IMG/VR virus record: IMGVR_UViG_3300028577_000006
Source of the DNA: a virus
Taxonomy: Duplodnaviria; Heunggongvirae; Uroviricota; Caudoviricetes
DNA: 64,000 bases
Reading direction: 5' to 3' (one strand)
Part shown: in pieces, positions 55,101-63,975 of the stretch
Position numbering within the stretch: position 1 is the stretch's first letter
How the letters are laid out: each line of letters opens with the position of its first letter
Program-made: the position numbers and the translations under genes
Notes under the pieces: model-generated
Database searches by the model: none
The model's input: only the letters and a program-made list of their open reading frames with translations
Told to the model about the DNA's origin: nothing

Positions 55101-56761
55101 CGCCGAAGCGAGGTGAACTCCTCAGCATGAGCGGCGAAGATGCCGCCGAGCGATACCCCCACCGATTCCTGGTGACGATCAGTCAGGCGATCCGCCACGA
55201 GATCAACACGCGCAAAAACGCTCCGGAAAGCGGCGCCGGCCTCGACCTCGCATACCGCGTCCACGCCGACCTGACCCTCACGCCAGAGTCGGACCCGCAG
55301 ACCTCGGGGACCACCGTCGGCGCCATCAGCCTGACGATCGCGACGCCCTTCATCGCCCCCGAGTCCAACGTCATCATCGGCGACGCGTACGCCTCGGTCG
55401 AACACTACGAAGCGCTCTTCCGCCGCTACAGGCTCTACAACGACGTCGACATCGTGAACCACCGCGTACAGTGGCCAAAATCGTCACTCCTCATCCGCAT
55501 CCCCACCCGCTGCACCAGCGGCGATTTCCCCACTGACGCGAGCTTTCTCCAGCACTGCGACCAGGCGATCCTGCCCCTGTTGGGCATGGAAGAGGGCCGG
55601 CGAGTCCTGCTGTACACGCACAAGCAGTCCCGCGAACTACTGGAGGGCTGGCTGAACGAAAAGGCCAGAGATATCGGCATCGAAGAGTACAAGGTCGAGC
55701 ACTGGGGATCGGGGCGCGGCAAGGACATCTACCGTGACTTCGACACGTTCATCGCCGCGACCGAGTACCTGCCGAACATCTACGGACTGGTACACGAGGC
55801 GAACATGCGCGTGGCTCAGGCGAACCCGATGACCCCTCGGATCTACTTCTGGAGCCCGGGCGAAAAGCGCAAAGCGGGCGCAAGCCTGACCGACGCGATC
55901 ACCGGCGGCGACCCGACGCTCGCCAACGCGTTCCAACGTCGAGCCATCGACGAGCTTGCCCAGGCCGTCCACCGCATCCGCCCCGCGAAGCCTCGTCCCT
56001 GCGAGTTTTGCGGCAAGTTGCTCGGCAAGGACCCACGCGTCTGCCCATCCTGCAAGGCAGATCAGCCGTACATGCGATGGCAGAAGCGCTGCTGGATTCT
56101 GGGCTACCACGTCCCGATGTCCGCTGAGCTTCTTGCGGCAACGAGCACGGCCGTTCTCGACGAGAAGACCATGGAACTCAAGCGAGACGGCCTGGACCAC
56201 TGGGGCCGTGGAGCCCGCGTGAAGGTCCATGCAGACCTTGGCCTGCTCAGCTTCGTCTCCGACCGGGAGATCGCCACCGCGATGGGAGACGTTTTCCGGA
56301 GCGTGGGGTGTTGGTCCCCAGCCTTCTGCCACCTGCTGATGGGTGTGCCACTCGGTGACGCTCTGAGCCGCGTTCTCGGCCGGGTCTCGGAGGACTCGGA
56401 ATGGGAAGCTCATGGTCAACCCATTAGAGAACATGTCTCTATAGGGTCAACCATCGGCTCTGCTCTCAAAGTCGTGTCAAACCCCTTCTCCGAGCCACAT
56501 CGGCTCACCGACCGGATCTACACACCCACAGCGGCCTGGAAAGAGGATGCGGTCAAGATCCCCCAGCTGCCGGTGTATCGGTCCGCCCGGCGGCTTTTCA
56601 TCGACGCCCTGTCCCAGGTCAGCCGTCCGCCGGAGACCTGGCGCGTAAAGAGGGACTGGATGCCCAAGACGTCCCCAGGCTACGAATGCATCGGCGATCC
56701 GCGTCGCCTGGAAGCGATCATCGACTACTACGGGCCCAACCCGCCCCAGGTCCCGTTCTGA
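52175..56761 (+). CDS. Large SF2-like replication helicase/origin-binding protein (intein-containing)
   Basis: After removing the intein: PSGGK|T Walker A, CPKC/CEYY Cys cluster, IFIDED Walker B, VIIGDA, HWGSGRG, LAQAVHRIRP; start uncertain (52154 or 52175). Confidence 0.75.
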   Translation: MTSNLRWLYERFRTASKAALIAPKGKPGEWMELHAHTPEAGFVGEAAGNMPTDSTSALILALKQLEGGVALNALVGVTSDLEVRLGHFRNGTSKTIYIRFFLAAPGKKQGRKGMTRAEFPASHSNVQTELFGPDPGATNPESVSSSGGVRRTESTAGTENRPDGLHLENSHFSDVEPVYFDEEKATDGQSVPAFDHLIDVEDFERFLAEGGAEEDSEIGRFVKEAVEEARAMIEADETPDFAEIARSMRATLDLAHGPPAVVDVEAPEPQDWHNAAGQVGEFTMSICQKYRREKGKLAILCPSPSGGKPLHEDTLVTMGDGSLRPIKELVVGDLVVSGAGRITSVSAVYDQGPLDVLKVTTRSGRAVIAESTHRFLTQRGWVEAGSLRQYDRRGSGSTLGENGEKLGRGDALQLGHGMERQPTSTMSEVEARFLGYMTGDGGATQPRSLRFSNIDPHVLAKFFRTCETLGMWVRQLNRADWQIGYADRVDLSALSADEKHQRRLAMAKAAYRQRKVTQSHKKAVHHPGRLLLQEHGIIGKKSTEKRVPSAIFGATDRAIVEFIGAYFECDGTRRERPAGGTWRDGSGPPGASFSSTSRGLLADVQTLLGRLGIRTSLRLKNGTYKEKRHISWRLAVLDLGRFFDLIPIEGAKSGQSGASRRREPSGHLAPDPVMKIEPAGQARCLCITVADDDSFLANDFVTHNTHAMVEAARADRAAGKRVGYAVLSRGLIEEAKERLTGGSQRLVQLHVIEGRHAGNCVEFESVEQAAALGYAPGTQVCPKCDKYPSLYNPFSSLDRNLTCEYYASRLRALREIAHANRYQNTLVHPYPLILTTHAGMAIGTAMHARGQKTFRSQPSLWQFDTIFIDEDPTGALEQQLEIKEEQLVYKWLDPVSKRPDAHTQMTRVLRGMFTLARAERHVAWTSGFRDNIHARDHGSTYASNDLIGLLQRAARLLGYDLEEVLAQVENESSVKSPKRGELLSMSGEDAAERYPHRFLVTISQAIRHEINTRKNAPESGAGLDLAYRVHADLTLTPESDPQTSGTTVGAISLTIATPFIAPESNVIIGDAYASVEHYEALFRRYRLYNDVDIVNHRVQWPKSSLLIRIPTRCTSGDFPTDASFLQHCDQAILPLLGMEEGRRVLLYTHKQSRELLEGWLNEKARDIGIEEYKVEHWGSGRGKDIYRDFDTFIAATEYLPNIYGLVHEANMRVAQANPMTPRIYFWSPGEKRKAGASLTDAITGGDPTLANAFQRRAIDELAQAVHRIRPAKPRPCEFCGKLLGKDPRVCPSCKADQPYMRWQKRCWILGYHVPMSAELLAATSTAVLDEKTMELKRDGLDHWGRGARVKVHADLGLLSFVSDREIATAMGDVFRSVGCWSPAFCHLLMGVPLGDALSRVLGRVSEDSEWEAHGQPIREHVSIGSTIGSALKVVSNPFSEPHRLTDRIYTPTAAWKEDAVKIPQLPVYRSARRLFIDALSQVSRPPETWRVKRDWMPKTSPGYECIGDPRRLEAIIDYYGPNPPQVPF
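53099..54286 (+). mobile_element. Intein (396 aa) starting with Pro, class 3-like, with LAGLIDADG endonuclease, inserted in Walker A
   Basis: PLHEDTLVTMGDG...ESTHRF...FLGYMTGDG...FIGAYFECDG...RCLCITV...VTHN; +1 residue Thr. Confidence 0.9.
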
Positions 56762-56769
56762 GGAGCATC

Positions 56770-57513
56770 ATGGCCTTTCGTTCCACCCGAGCCCGACATG
56801 AGCCTCCGCCCCCGCCCCGCGGCGAGTCGACGCTGACGATCCCAGACGCTTTGCTCGCCTGGGGCCGCGACGCGGCACGCGCGGTGACCTGGGCGCGCGA
56901 CTGGGCACAGGAGGTGACCGAGCTTGCCGCCCGGTCCGAGCAGGCCCCGTTGGACGAGAAGGCCACCGAGGAGCTGCTGTCACGCCTGGAGGGTCTCGTC
57001 GTAGAGGCGATCCGGTTCGAGCGCTCCGACCTACTCGAAGGTCTCGACATCCAGACGATGGAGTGGCTGGGGCTGGCGGTGACGTTCGACATGAACGGTG
57101 AGCCCGTGTCCGTCGGCCGCGAAGGAACCTTCACCTGGTCCGAGGTCCGTGTTCTTCATCAGGCGTGGGAGCAAGCGCTTCTCGCCAAGCGTCTTCGCGA
57201 GGAAGGCTCAGGCGGCGAGGGCTATCCGCCGCCAGAGCCGTTGGGCGCGATGGCACTTCGTTCGTTGAAGCTGCTTCGCAGTGAATGGCCCGACGCGCGG
57301 ATTGGTGACGTCGCGCCGAGCGAGGAACACGTGTGCATCTCATGTGCGAAGCCGCTGACGGCCCTCGCCATCGAGCTTGATGGCGATCTGCACTACTGCG
57401 GCGCGTGCTGGTCCGAGAACATCGGCGAGCCCGCGCGACGTGGTCAGGAGGCGATCTTGGCGGCTCGTCGCAAAGCGCAGTCGCGGATGTCCAAGCGCTC
57501 GACGTCGAACTGA
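56770..57513 (+). CDS. Hypothetical protein with C-terminal CxxC...CxxC
   Basis: SD AGGAG; CISC...CGAC. Confidence 0.7.
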   Translation: MAFRSTRARHEPPPPPRGESTLTIPDALLAWGRDAARAVTWARDWAQEVTELAARSEQAPLDEKATEELLSRLEGLVVEAIRFERSDLLEGLDIQTMEWLGLAVTFDMNGEPVSVGREGTFTWSEVRVLHQAWEQALLAKRLREEGSGGEGYPPPEPLGAMALRSLKLLRSEWPDARIGDVAPSEEHVCISCAKPLTALAIELDGDLHYCGACWSENIGEPARRGQEAILAARRKAQSRMSKRSTSN

Positions 57514-57515
57514 CC

Positions 57516-57545
57516 TTGCCCAGCGGCGTGTGTGCGGAGTAGGCT
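57516..57545 (+). promoter_or_regulatory. Possible sigma70-like promoter for the structural block
   Basis: TTGCCC-N18-TAGGCT. Confidence 0.4.
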
Positions 57546-57582
57546 TGCTCGATTCGGGTCCCAGACCAACGAGGCGGAGAAG

Positions 57583-58350
57583 ATGTCCGGAACAAGAGCA
57601 ACCCAGATGTCGCGCGCGTTGCCGCGCTCTCCGACGAACAACGACCTGCTTCGTGTGTCTTGGGGCAACAACGTCGATCCGCTCGATCTGGGCGCCACCC
57701 CGAACACGCTCGAAAACGGCGCCATCGTTCAGGTGTCGGACTTCGACGCGTTTCGTCCTGGTCAGCAGATCTACTTCTACCTGACCGTCTTCAACGCGGA
57801 CGATTCGTTCGCTCCGGGTGATCCGTACATCTCACGTGTGCGTCTGAAGCCGTGGTGGCTTCGGACGAGTGACGACTTCCGGCCACCGGGCGGCAACGTG
57901 CCGCCTGCGCCCGGCAACGCGCAGGGCGGTCCGATCTGGACGCCCAACGACTATCGGCAGTTCGGAGGCCTCGCGGCGAACCCGTATCCGCCGCCAACGC
58001 CGTCCACGCCGCTGGTGCTTGGCGCCAACAACAATCGGGCATGCTGGTTTCCGCACCCCAAGATGATCGACGTGAGCGAGTGGCAGGCAGTGAATCCGCC
58101 GCCGGCATCGCTGCCGCGAACGTCTGACTCGATCATCGTCGATGAGGTGTTCGCGATCGATCTCCAGAATCCTGGCGATGCGGCGTACCAGAACATCCGG
58201 ATCGGAAACCAGACGAAGGTGGGGCGATGCGTCGTGTTCCAGTTGATTGCTCACGGCTGGGCACTCGGCTTCACGCATCAGTTCAACACGGTTGGTGAAG
58301 GCAGTCCGCATCTGCTCATCGATCTGACCTGGCAGACGGGAACGCTCTGA
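57583..58350 (+). CDS. Beta-rich, Pro-rich putative virion structural protein (vertex-like)
   Basis: SD GGAGAAG; alternating aromatic beta-strand patterns; first gene of the spike/fibre block; role inferred from context. Confidence 0.6.
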   Translation: MSGTRATQMSRALPRSPTNNDLLRVSWGNNVDPLDLGATPNTLENGAIVQVSDFDAFRPGQQIYFYLTVFNADDSFAPGDPYISRVRLKPWWLRTSDDFRPPGGNVPPAPGNAQGGPIWTPNDYRQFGGLAANPYPPPTPSTPLVLGANNNRACWFPHPKMIDVSEWQAVNPPPASLPRTSDSIIVDEVFAIDLQNPGDAAYQNIRIGNQTKVGRCVVFQLIAHGWALGFTHQFNTVGEGSPHLLIDLTWQTGTL

Positions 58351-58514
58351 TGTCCAGCAGCCGTCCAGAGACACACTTCGCGTTGACCAGCGCCTCGGCG
58401 ACGGCGCAGTTCATGTCGCAGCTTCGCACCGCGCTCGGCTTGGCGGCGGACGCAACGACGCAGCAGATCTTGGATCGCATCGCGCAGCTGACTGGGCCAC
58501 AGCTCGGGCAGTGA
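58350..58514 (+). CDS. 54 aa protein sharing an N-terminal motif with the downstream spike protein
   Basis: TGATG overlap; MSSSRPETHFALTSA...LTGPQLGQ; below the ORF-track cutoff. Confidence 0.6.
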   Translation: MSSSRPETHFALTSASATAQFMSQLRTALGLAADATTQQILDRIAQLTGPQLGQ

Positions 58515-58655
58515 GCCCAGTTGCGCACGGCCGGACAACCGTGCCATGCTTCCGGCGGGCGCTTCGGGTACGGCTACATCAGCCGATGCCGCGTGCCAGC
58601 CATGTTTGCGTGACCTTCTGCTTGGCAGTCGTCGAAGCAGCTTCGAGGGATACCC

Positions 58656-59840
58656 ATGGCTGACGCTCGTCCGGAAGTTCACTTTTCGATCACGAGCGCG
58701 GTTGGGTCGGCGCCGCCGCCCGCTTCGCTCGATCGGTTCGCGCCGAAGTACCTGATCGGCAACGTGCCGAACGGCGACAGTGCGACGCCGTACTCGTCGA
58801 ACGGTTTTGTCTACATTCCAGATCCAGGAGACGGATCTGGAATCGCGGCGGCGCTCGCAAACGACGACGGCGATGTCTGGATGCGTCCCGGTGTTTACGA
58901 CCTGGCCGGCAACCGACTCATCGTGCAAGCAGCTACGCGACTCTGGGGCTCGGGTGATAGCACCACGATCCAGACGTCCGGCACCACCGACAACTGCGCC
59001 GTCGAGGTGCAAGCCGGTGGCGAGTTCGCATGGTGTCGACTCTTCCACACCGCTGCCACCGCCGGAGCTGTTGGACATGGGATCGTCGAGATCACCGAAG
59101 TCGGCGCGTACGCCCACGACCTGACGATCGTACTCGGCACGCGCGTCACCAGGCTCAACGGTGGCATCTACGTCTCCGGTGCCGGCTCGACCACAGTCTC
59201 TCGCGTCGAGAACGTGACGGTCATCCTGCCTCTCGGGGCTGGCGGCGCCGTAAGCACGTGGTTGGCTGGCATCTACGCCTCCGCCGTCACGCACATCGTG
59301 CAGGTCCGCAACGTGACGGTCACCGGAGGCGACGCCGCACTCCTGTCGCTTCGCGCCGAGCTGCACGTCGATGCGCTGTTCGCCACCGGGCAGTCGGGAG
59401 TACCCGTCTACGCACCGGCGGCCTTCTTCACGATCAGTGGCAGTCGGACGATCATCCAGATTACCCAGGCGAGCGTGACGTCCGGCATCTTCCTCCAGGC
59501 CGGCGCGTACGAGATCAGCTCGGTGCGGTTCGTCAACATTTCCGGCGGAGCGGCGATCCCCGCGATCCTCTCCAGTGGTACCGACATCTCGGGTGTCTGC
59601 ACGATCCACGCTTGTGAGATCACAAGCGGGTTCGGTCCGGCGATCAGCTTGGACTTCATGCAGGACTCTCTGATCTACGGAAACCGGATCGCCTCTGCGG
59701 CTGGCGTGGTTCCCGTTGCGCTCGGCAGCACGACCGAGAACTGCATCGTGAGCGGCAACGTGAGCCGTGGCTCTGGCGGCACCTTGCCGACGAACGCCGG
59801 TATCACCAACAGCTTCGCCAACAACATCTGGGGCGCTTGA
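58656..59840 (+). CDS. Right-handed beta-helix (pectin-lyase-like) spike or receptor-binding protein
   Basis: IAAALA...VWMRPGVYDL...LWGSGDSTTI start pattern; repeating V/I-x-N/G rungs; ends IVSGN...FANN. Confidence 0.7.
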   Translation: MADARPEVHFSITSAVGSAPPPASLDRFAPKYLIGNVPNGDSATPYSSNGFVYIPDPGDGSGIAAALANDDGDVWMRPGVYDLAGNRLIVQAATRLWGSGDSTTIQTSGTTDNCAVEVQAGGEFAWCRLFHTAATAGAVGHGIVEITEVGAYAHDLTIVLGTRVTRLNGGIYVSGAGSTTVSRVENVTVILPLGAGGAVSTWLAGIYASAVTHIVQVRNVTVTGGDAALLSLRAELHVDALFATGQSGVPVYAPAAFFTISGSRTIIQITQASVTSGIFLQAGAYEISSVRFVNISGGAAIPAILSSGTDISGVCTIHACEITSGFGPAISLDFMQDSLIYGNRIASAAGVVPVALGSTTENCIVSGNVSRGSGGTLPTNAGITNSFANNIWGA

Positions 59841-59843
59841 ACT

Positions 59844-61796
59844 ATGGCGACCAGGCAGCCTGGAGCATCGACGTCGTTCCCCAACGGTCAGGCCCGAGAG
59901 CAGTTCGGGCGCGACTGGGGTAACTACGCGAGCGCTGCGACGCTGCCGAACGCGGCGGGCAACGTCCTGCCGGCCAGTCAGTTCACGCTCGAAGCGGGTG
60001 ACCGCGCGTATCTGATCGTCAGCGGCACGAGCGGGCTGGAGTACCTCTGCGTCAGCGCCGGCACTGCGGGTGGTGGCGATGCTGTCTGGATCGTGAACTC
60101 GGGCGGTCTCGGCCCGTGGTCGAGCGTGCTCTACGTCGACAACGTGCGTGGCAACGACACGACTGGGACCCGAGGCGATGACAATCTCCCGTTCGCGACG
60201 GTGCAGGCTGCGCTCAATGCGATGCAGACGAACGACGCAGTGCTTCTTGCGCCGCAGACGTTCACGTTGACCGCGCCGCTCACCGTCCCAGCGCCGGTCG
60301 TTCGAGGGTCGTGTACTGGATTTGGCGGCAACGCACCGCGTCTGTCCAACAACCTGGTGGGCACCACGCGAATCGTCAACAGTGGCGTGTTCCTGGCGCT
60401 GTGGAACTTCGCGACGCTCGGCATTACGGATTTTCGCATGTCGCAGATGGAGTGCGTCGCTACCGGCGGCACGCTCGGGATCAGCGCAGACGGAAGCGCG
60501 TACGCGAAAGACACGTTTTTCAGCGGCGGCCTGTTTCTTCAGAACATGGTTCTGTTCAGCGGCGGCATCACAATCAAGTACGCAAGCGTCATGGCGCTGG
60601 ATAACGTCGTGTCGTTCCCAGTGACAGTTGTCTCTTGTGCTGCCGTGGCGATTGCCAATCTCACCACGTTGATCTCCAGCGCGTTCTCGTACGATGCGAC
60701 CGATCCGCTGGCACCTACGGCGCAGTTGAGCGTTGCGATCACAAACTGTTCGAGCCCCGGAGGGATTACGTTCGGGCCCGGACAGCCGCAGTTGAGCTGC
60801 GATGCGACGAGCGCACTCGCTTCCGACATCACCGGAACCGGCCTGTCTGTGGTCGGCGCGAAGCTGCCGAAGCTCTCGGTCTTGGGGGTCATGCGCGGCA
60901 ACGTCTTTCTGAACGCGGCCGGTCAAGAACTTCCTGACACAGCAAGCGTGCTCACGATGGACTTTCGAGGCGCGAAGCTGGTTGCCGCGGTACCGGCGAT
61001 CTCACTCGTGTATCGGTTCAAGGTCGCAGGCGTGGCCGCGAACTTCCAGACCGTACGCATGGATTCGGCGACGGCGCAGCCAGGCACGACGTTTCTGGCT
61101 GACGTTGGCATTCATCTTACGATGCGTGGCACTGTTGCACCGTTGGCCGTGTACTCCACTCCAGGCGTGACCGGCGACATCCTTCCGCCGAGTCCGCTGA
61201 TCATCGCCCCCACGGCCGTCGCATCGAATCCGCAGCCGATCGCCTACCCATGCCGCATCCCCGCTGGCTCGACTGCGGTCACGGCCTTCGTAGCGTCCGA
61301 CAACGCCGCCGCGGTCCCGACGCAGGTGATCAGCTCGACAAGCACCACCGGCTTCTCGGCTGGCCTGAACGCGCTGCCGTTCGACGTCCCGCACCTGTCC
61401 GGCCTCCTCACCGGCGCTGCCGGCGCTGTCGTGGCCTACGCAGGCGACGAGCCGACATCCGTCGCGCTCGTCCCGGTGAACTATCCGATCGGCCGCGCGT
61501 GCCGCGTCGGCGTGCTGAAGGTGTACGTCTCGACGAATGGCCTCGCGACGGCAACGACGTTCACGCTCTACAAGAACAACGTCGCCACGGCCATCACGCT
61601 GAGCGTCGGCGCAGGCGCGACAGGCATCTTCTCCGACACGACGCATACGGTCGACTTCGCGCTGAACGATCGGTACGACCTGCGCCTCGACAACACCGCC
61701 GGCCTCGTCAGCACGATGGTCTTTGGCGCTTCGTTCGAGATGTTCATCAACCCTCTAGCAGGAAACCTGTATGCATCGGTTTCCTTCCCGGGATGA
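59844..61796 (+). CDS. Spike/receptor-binding protein with beta-helix-like core
   Basis: LYVDNVRGNDTTGTRG...PFATVQAAL...VLLAPQTF is a typical beta-helix enzyme N-cap; beta-sandwich-like C-terminus. Confidence 0.7.
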   Translation: MATRQPGASTSFPNGQAREQFGRDWGNYASAATLPNAAGNVLPASQFTLEAGDRAYLIVSGTSGLEYLCVSAGTAGGGDAVWIVNSGGLGPWSSVLYVDNVRGNDTTGTRGDDNLPFATVQAALNAMQTNDAVLLAPQTFTLTAPLTVPAPVVRGSCTGFGGNAPRLSNNLVGTTRIVNSGVFLALWNFATLGITDFRMSQMECVATGGTLGISADGSAYAKDTFFSGGLFLQNMVLFSGGITIKYASVMALDNVVSFPVTVVSCAAVAIANLTTLISSAFSYDATDPLAPTAQLSVAITNCSSPGGITFGPGQPQLSCDATSALASDITGTGLSVVGAKLPKLSVLGVMRGNVFLNAAGQELPDTASVLTMDFRGAKLVAAVPAISLVYRFKVAGVAANFQTVRMDSATAQPGTTFLADVGIHLTMRGTVAPLAVYSTPGVTGDILPPSPLIIAPTAVASNPQPIAYPCRIPAGSTAVTAFVASDNAAAVPTQVISSTSTTGFSAGLNALPFDVPHLSGLLTGAAGAVVAYAGDEPTSVALVPVNYPIGRACRVGVLKVYVSTNGLATATTFTLYKNNVATAITLSVGAGATGIFSDTTHTVDFALNDRYDLRLDNTAGLVSTMVFGASFEMFINPLAGNLYASVSFPG

Positions 61797-61805
61797 GGTG
61801 CTCTG

Positions 61806-63656
61806 ATGAGTGCTGATGGACCCGCGCTGACAGTCGCCGAGTTTTCTGACAACACCCTCTGGGCGTTGCATGGAACGACCTGGGTGCAGGTACCCACGCC
61901 GATCGGTCCGGGACCTGGCCCAGGCACGTCGACCGACAAGGCGCTCGTGCGCTGGAACGGTACGACCGGTACTGCGATCCAGAACGGCATCACGGTCGAG
62001 TCGGACACGGGCGAGCTTCAGGCGGGTCTCGGCGCCGTCACGACCCCGTCGCACACTTTCCTTGGTCGCTTGACGGATGGCATGTACTCGGTCGCTGCGG
62101 GTTCGCTGGGCCTGACGTCCAACGGCGTTCTCGGCGTGACGCTTGCTTCGCAGACCAGCGGCAACACGCCGAATCTCGCGATCACGGACAGCACACGTAC
62201 GGGTGCGGCCGGCGCGCTTCAGATCGGCGCGAGCATCTCGCACACGCTGAACCAGACCGGAACGGCCGCGTTCACGTCGCTCGACATCGTTCAGACCGTC
62301 ACCGCCGCGGGTTCTGGCGCACAGTATCTGATCAACGGCAAGGCCGGAGCAGCGGGCACGACGCAGGTCTTCTCTGTTACCAGCGCCGGGATCATCACCG
62401 GCTCCAAGCTCGTGTTGGGTCTCGGCGCGACAGGTGCCGGCAACCTCGCGCTACAGATCGGTTCCACCGCGCAGTGGGGTGCGTACGCCGACGCGTCGAA
62501 CCTCTTCTGGACGCAGAATAGCGCGAAGTTGCTCGCGTTCACGTCGAGCGCAACAACCGACTACTTCTTCAGTTGGACGTCGCGGAACCTCGTCGCCGGC
62601 ACGAACCAGGTCATCCAGTCGTGGGTGGTCAACACCGCTCTGACGGGCGTCACCATCAACAACGCGGTCGCGTTCACCGGTGCAGCCGGAATCTCGCAGA
62701 TCGGCGTGCAGCTCGCGCACACGATCAATCAGACGAGCACGGCAGCCTTCACGTCGCTGGACATGGTGCGCACGGAGACGGGCGTCGGGTCGGGCGCACA
62801 GTATTTTATCAACGCCAAGGCGGGAGCGGCGGGCACGACTCAGGTGTTCGTGGTCACGAACGCCGGGCGCGTCCTCACAGGCGACGGCACGAGCGCGCTT
62901 CCGGCGAATGCGTTCGTCTCCGACGCGACGATGGGGTTCTACCGAATCTCGGCGTCGCAGCTCGGCGTGTCGTTCGCCGGTACGAACTACCTCGCCCTCA
63001 CCGGCACTGGCTCGACCGCGGGCATCATCTCTCTCCAGGGCGGCGTCTCGCTCATCATCTACGGCGGCGCATCGAACACGGCGACCCCCTCGTCGATCTT
63101 CCGCAACGGGTCTTCTGGCAACACGCAGTTCACCGGCGGCGCGGGCATCTTGCAGATCGGGACGCAGTTCGACTTCCGCCTGAACCAGACCTCGACCGCC
63201 GCGTTCACCGCGATCGACATCCTCATCACCGAGGCGTCGGTCGGCACTGGCGTGCAGTACCTGATCAACGCCAAGGCGGGAGCGGCGGGCACGACACAGG
63301 TTTTTTCAGTGTCGAACAAGGGCGGCATCGCGTGTACGGCGGTGAGCCCTGCGGCGCTAGCTGCTGGCGCTACGGCCGATTACTCCGGGCTCGGACAGAG
63401 TACATATGCACGGCTGACACCAGATGCGGGCGGCACGTCTTCGATCAGCGGTTTCCTCGCGACCAACGTCCCCGACGGTCGCATGGTCGTGATCGTGAAC
63501 ATCGGCGCTGCCAATCTGTCGATCACGAATCAGGACGCCGGGTCGACGGCGGCAAACAGGGTGATCACCATCGGTGGTGGCACGATCGTCGTTGCCGCGA
63601 ACGGCATCTTCAAGATGATCTACGATCTAACCACGGCGCGCTGGCGCCAGATCTGA
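61806..63656 (+). CDS. Gly/Ala/Thr-rich fibre protein with three internal repeats of about 60 aa
   Basis: QIG...NQTxTAAFTx(L/I)D...G(S/T)GxQY(L/F)INxKAGAAGTTQVF occurs three times. Confidence 0.8.
   Translation: MSADGPALTVAEFSDNTLWALHGTTWVQVPTPIGPGPGPGTSTDKALVRWNGTTGTAIQNGITVESDTGELQAGLGAVTTPSHTFLGRLTDGMYSVAAGSLGLTSNGVLGVTLASQTSGNTPNLAITDSTRTGAAGALQIGASISHTLNQTGTAAFTSLDIVQTVTAAGSGAQYLINGKAGAAGTTQVFSVTSAGIITGSKLVLGLGATGAGNLALQIGSTAQWGAYADASNLFWTQNSAKLLAFTSSATTDYFFSWTSRNLVAGTNQVIQSWVVNTALTGVTINNAVAFTGAAGISQIGVQLAHTINQTSTAAFTSLDMVRTETGVGSGAQYFINAKAGAAGTTQVFVVTNAGRVLTGDGTSALPANAFVSDATMGFYRISASQLGVSFAGTNYLALTGTGSTAGIISLQGGVSLIIYGGASNTATPSSIFRNGSSGNTQFTGGAGILQIGTQFDFRLNQTSTAAFTAIDILITEASVGTGVQYLINAKAGAAGTTQVFSVSNKGGIACTAVSPAALAAGATADYSGLGQSTYARLTPDAGGTSSISGFLATNVPDGRMVVIVNIGAANLSITNQDAGSTAANRVITIGGGTIVVAANGIFKMIYDLTTARWRQI
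62215..63330 (+). repeat. Three dispersed repeats of about 180 bp within the fibre gene
   Basis: Approximately 62215-62395, 62695-62875 and 63148-63330; a 32 nt block is identical at 62808-62839 and 63264-63295. Confidence 0.8.
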
Positions 63657-63663
63657 GGAAAAC

Positions 63664-63975
63664 ATGTCCACTGCCACACTACTTTCTACGTCTGCTACGC
63701 TGCGTGCACAGCTTCACGCCGAGCTACCACCGGGGAGCCAGCAGTCTGACGCCGCCTTGGCCGCGCTCGATCTGGTGGATGCGAACATCCGATTCAACGA
63801 CATCGAAGAGCACAAGGCGCGAGCCAGTGCTCTGGCACAGAAAGACATCGCGACGCTTTCGCCGGCCGAACAGTCCGCTTGGCTGAACGTCGTACGGGCT
63901 CAAGACGCAGAGGCAGAACGTCTCTCGAACAAGGCAGAAGCAGGGGCAGATGAAACACCAGAAAAAAACGGATAG
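63664..63975 (+). CDS. Small helical protein, possible fibre assembly chaperone
   Basis: SD GAGGA; follows the fibre gene; function from position only. Confidence 0.6.
   Translation: MSTATLLSTSATLRAQLHAELPPGSQQSDAALAALDLVDANIRFNDIEEHKARASALAQKDIATLSPAEQSAWLNVVRAQDAEAERLSNKAEAGADETPEKNG

Noticed and set aside
57583-58350. Major capsid protein
   Set aside because: Only 255 aa, Pro-rich, with no recognisable double jelly-roll or HK97 signature; cannot be supported without a structure search
62808-63295. Diversity-generating retroelement template and variable repeats in the fibre gene
   Set aside because: No reverse transcriptase in the window; the repeats are in-frame protein repeats and their differences are not adenine-restricted
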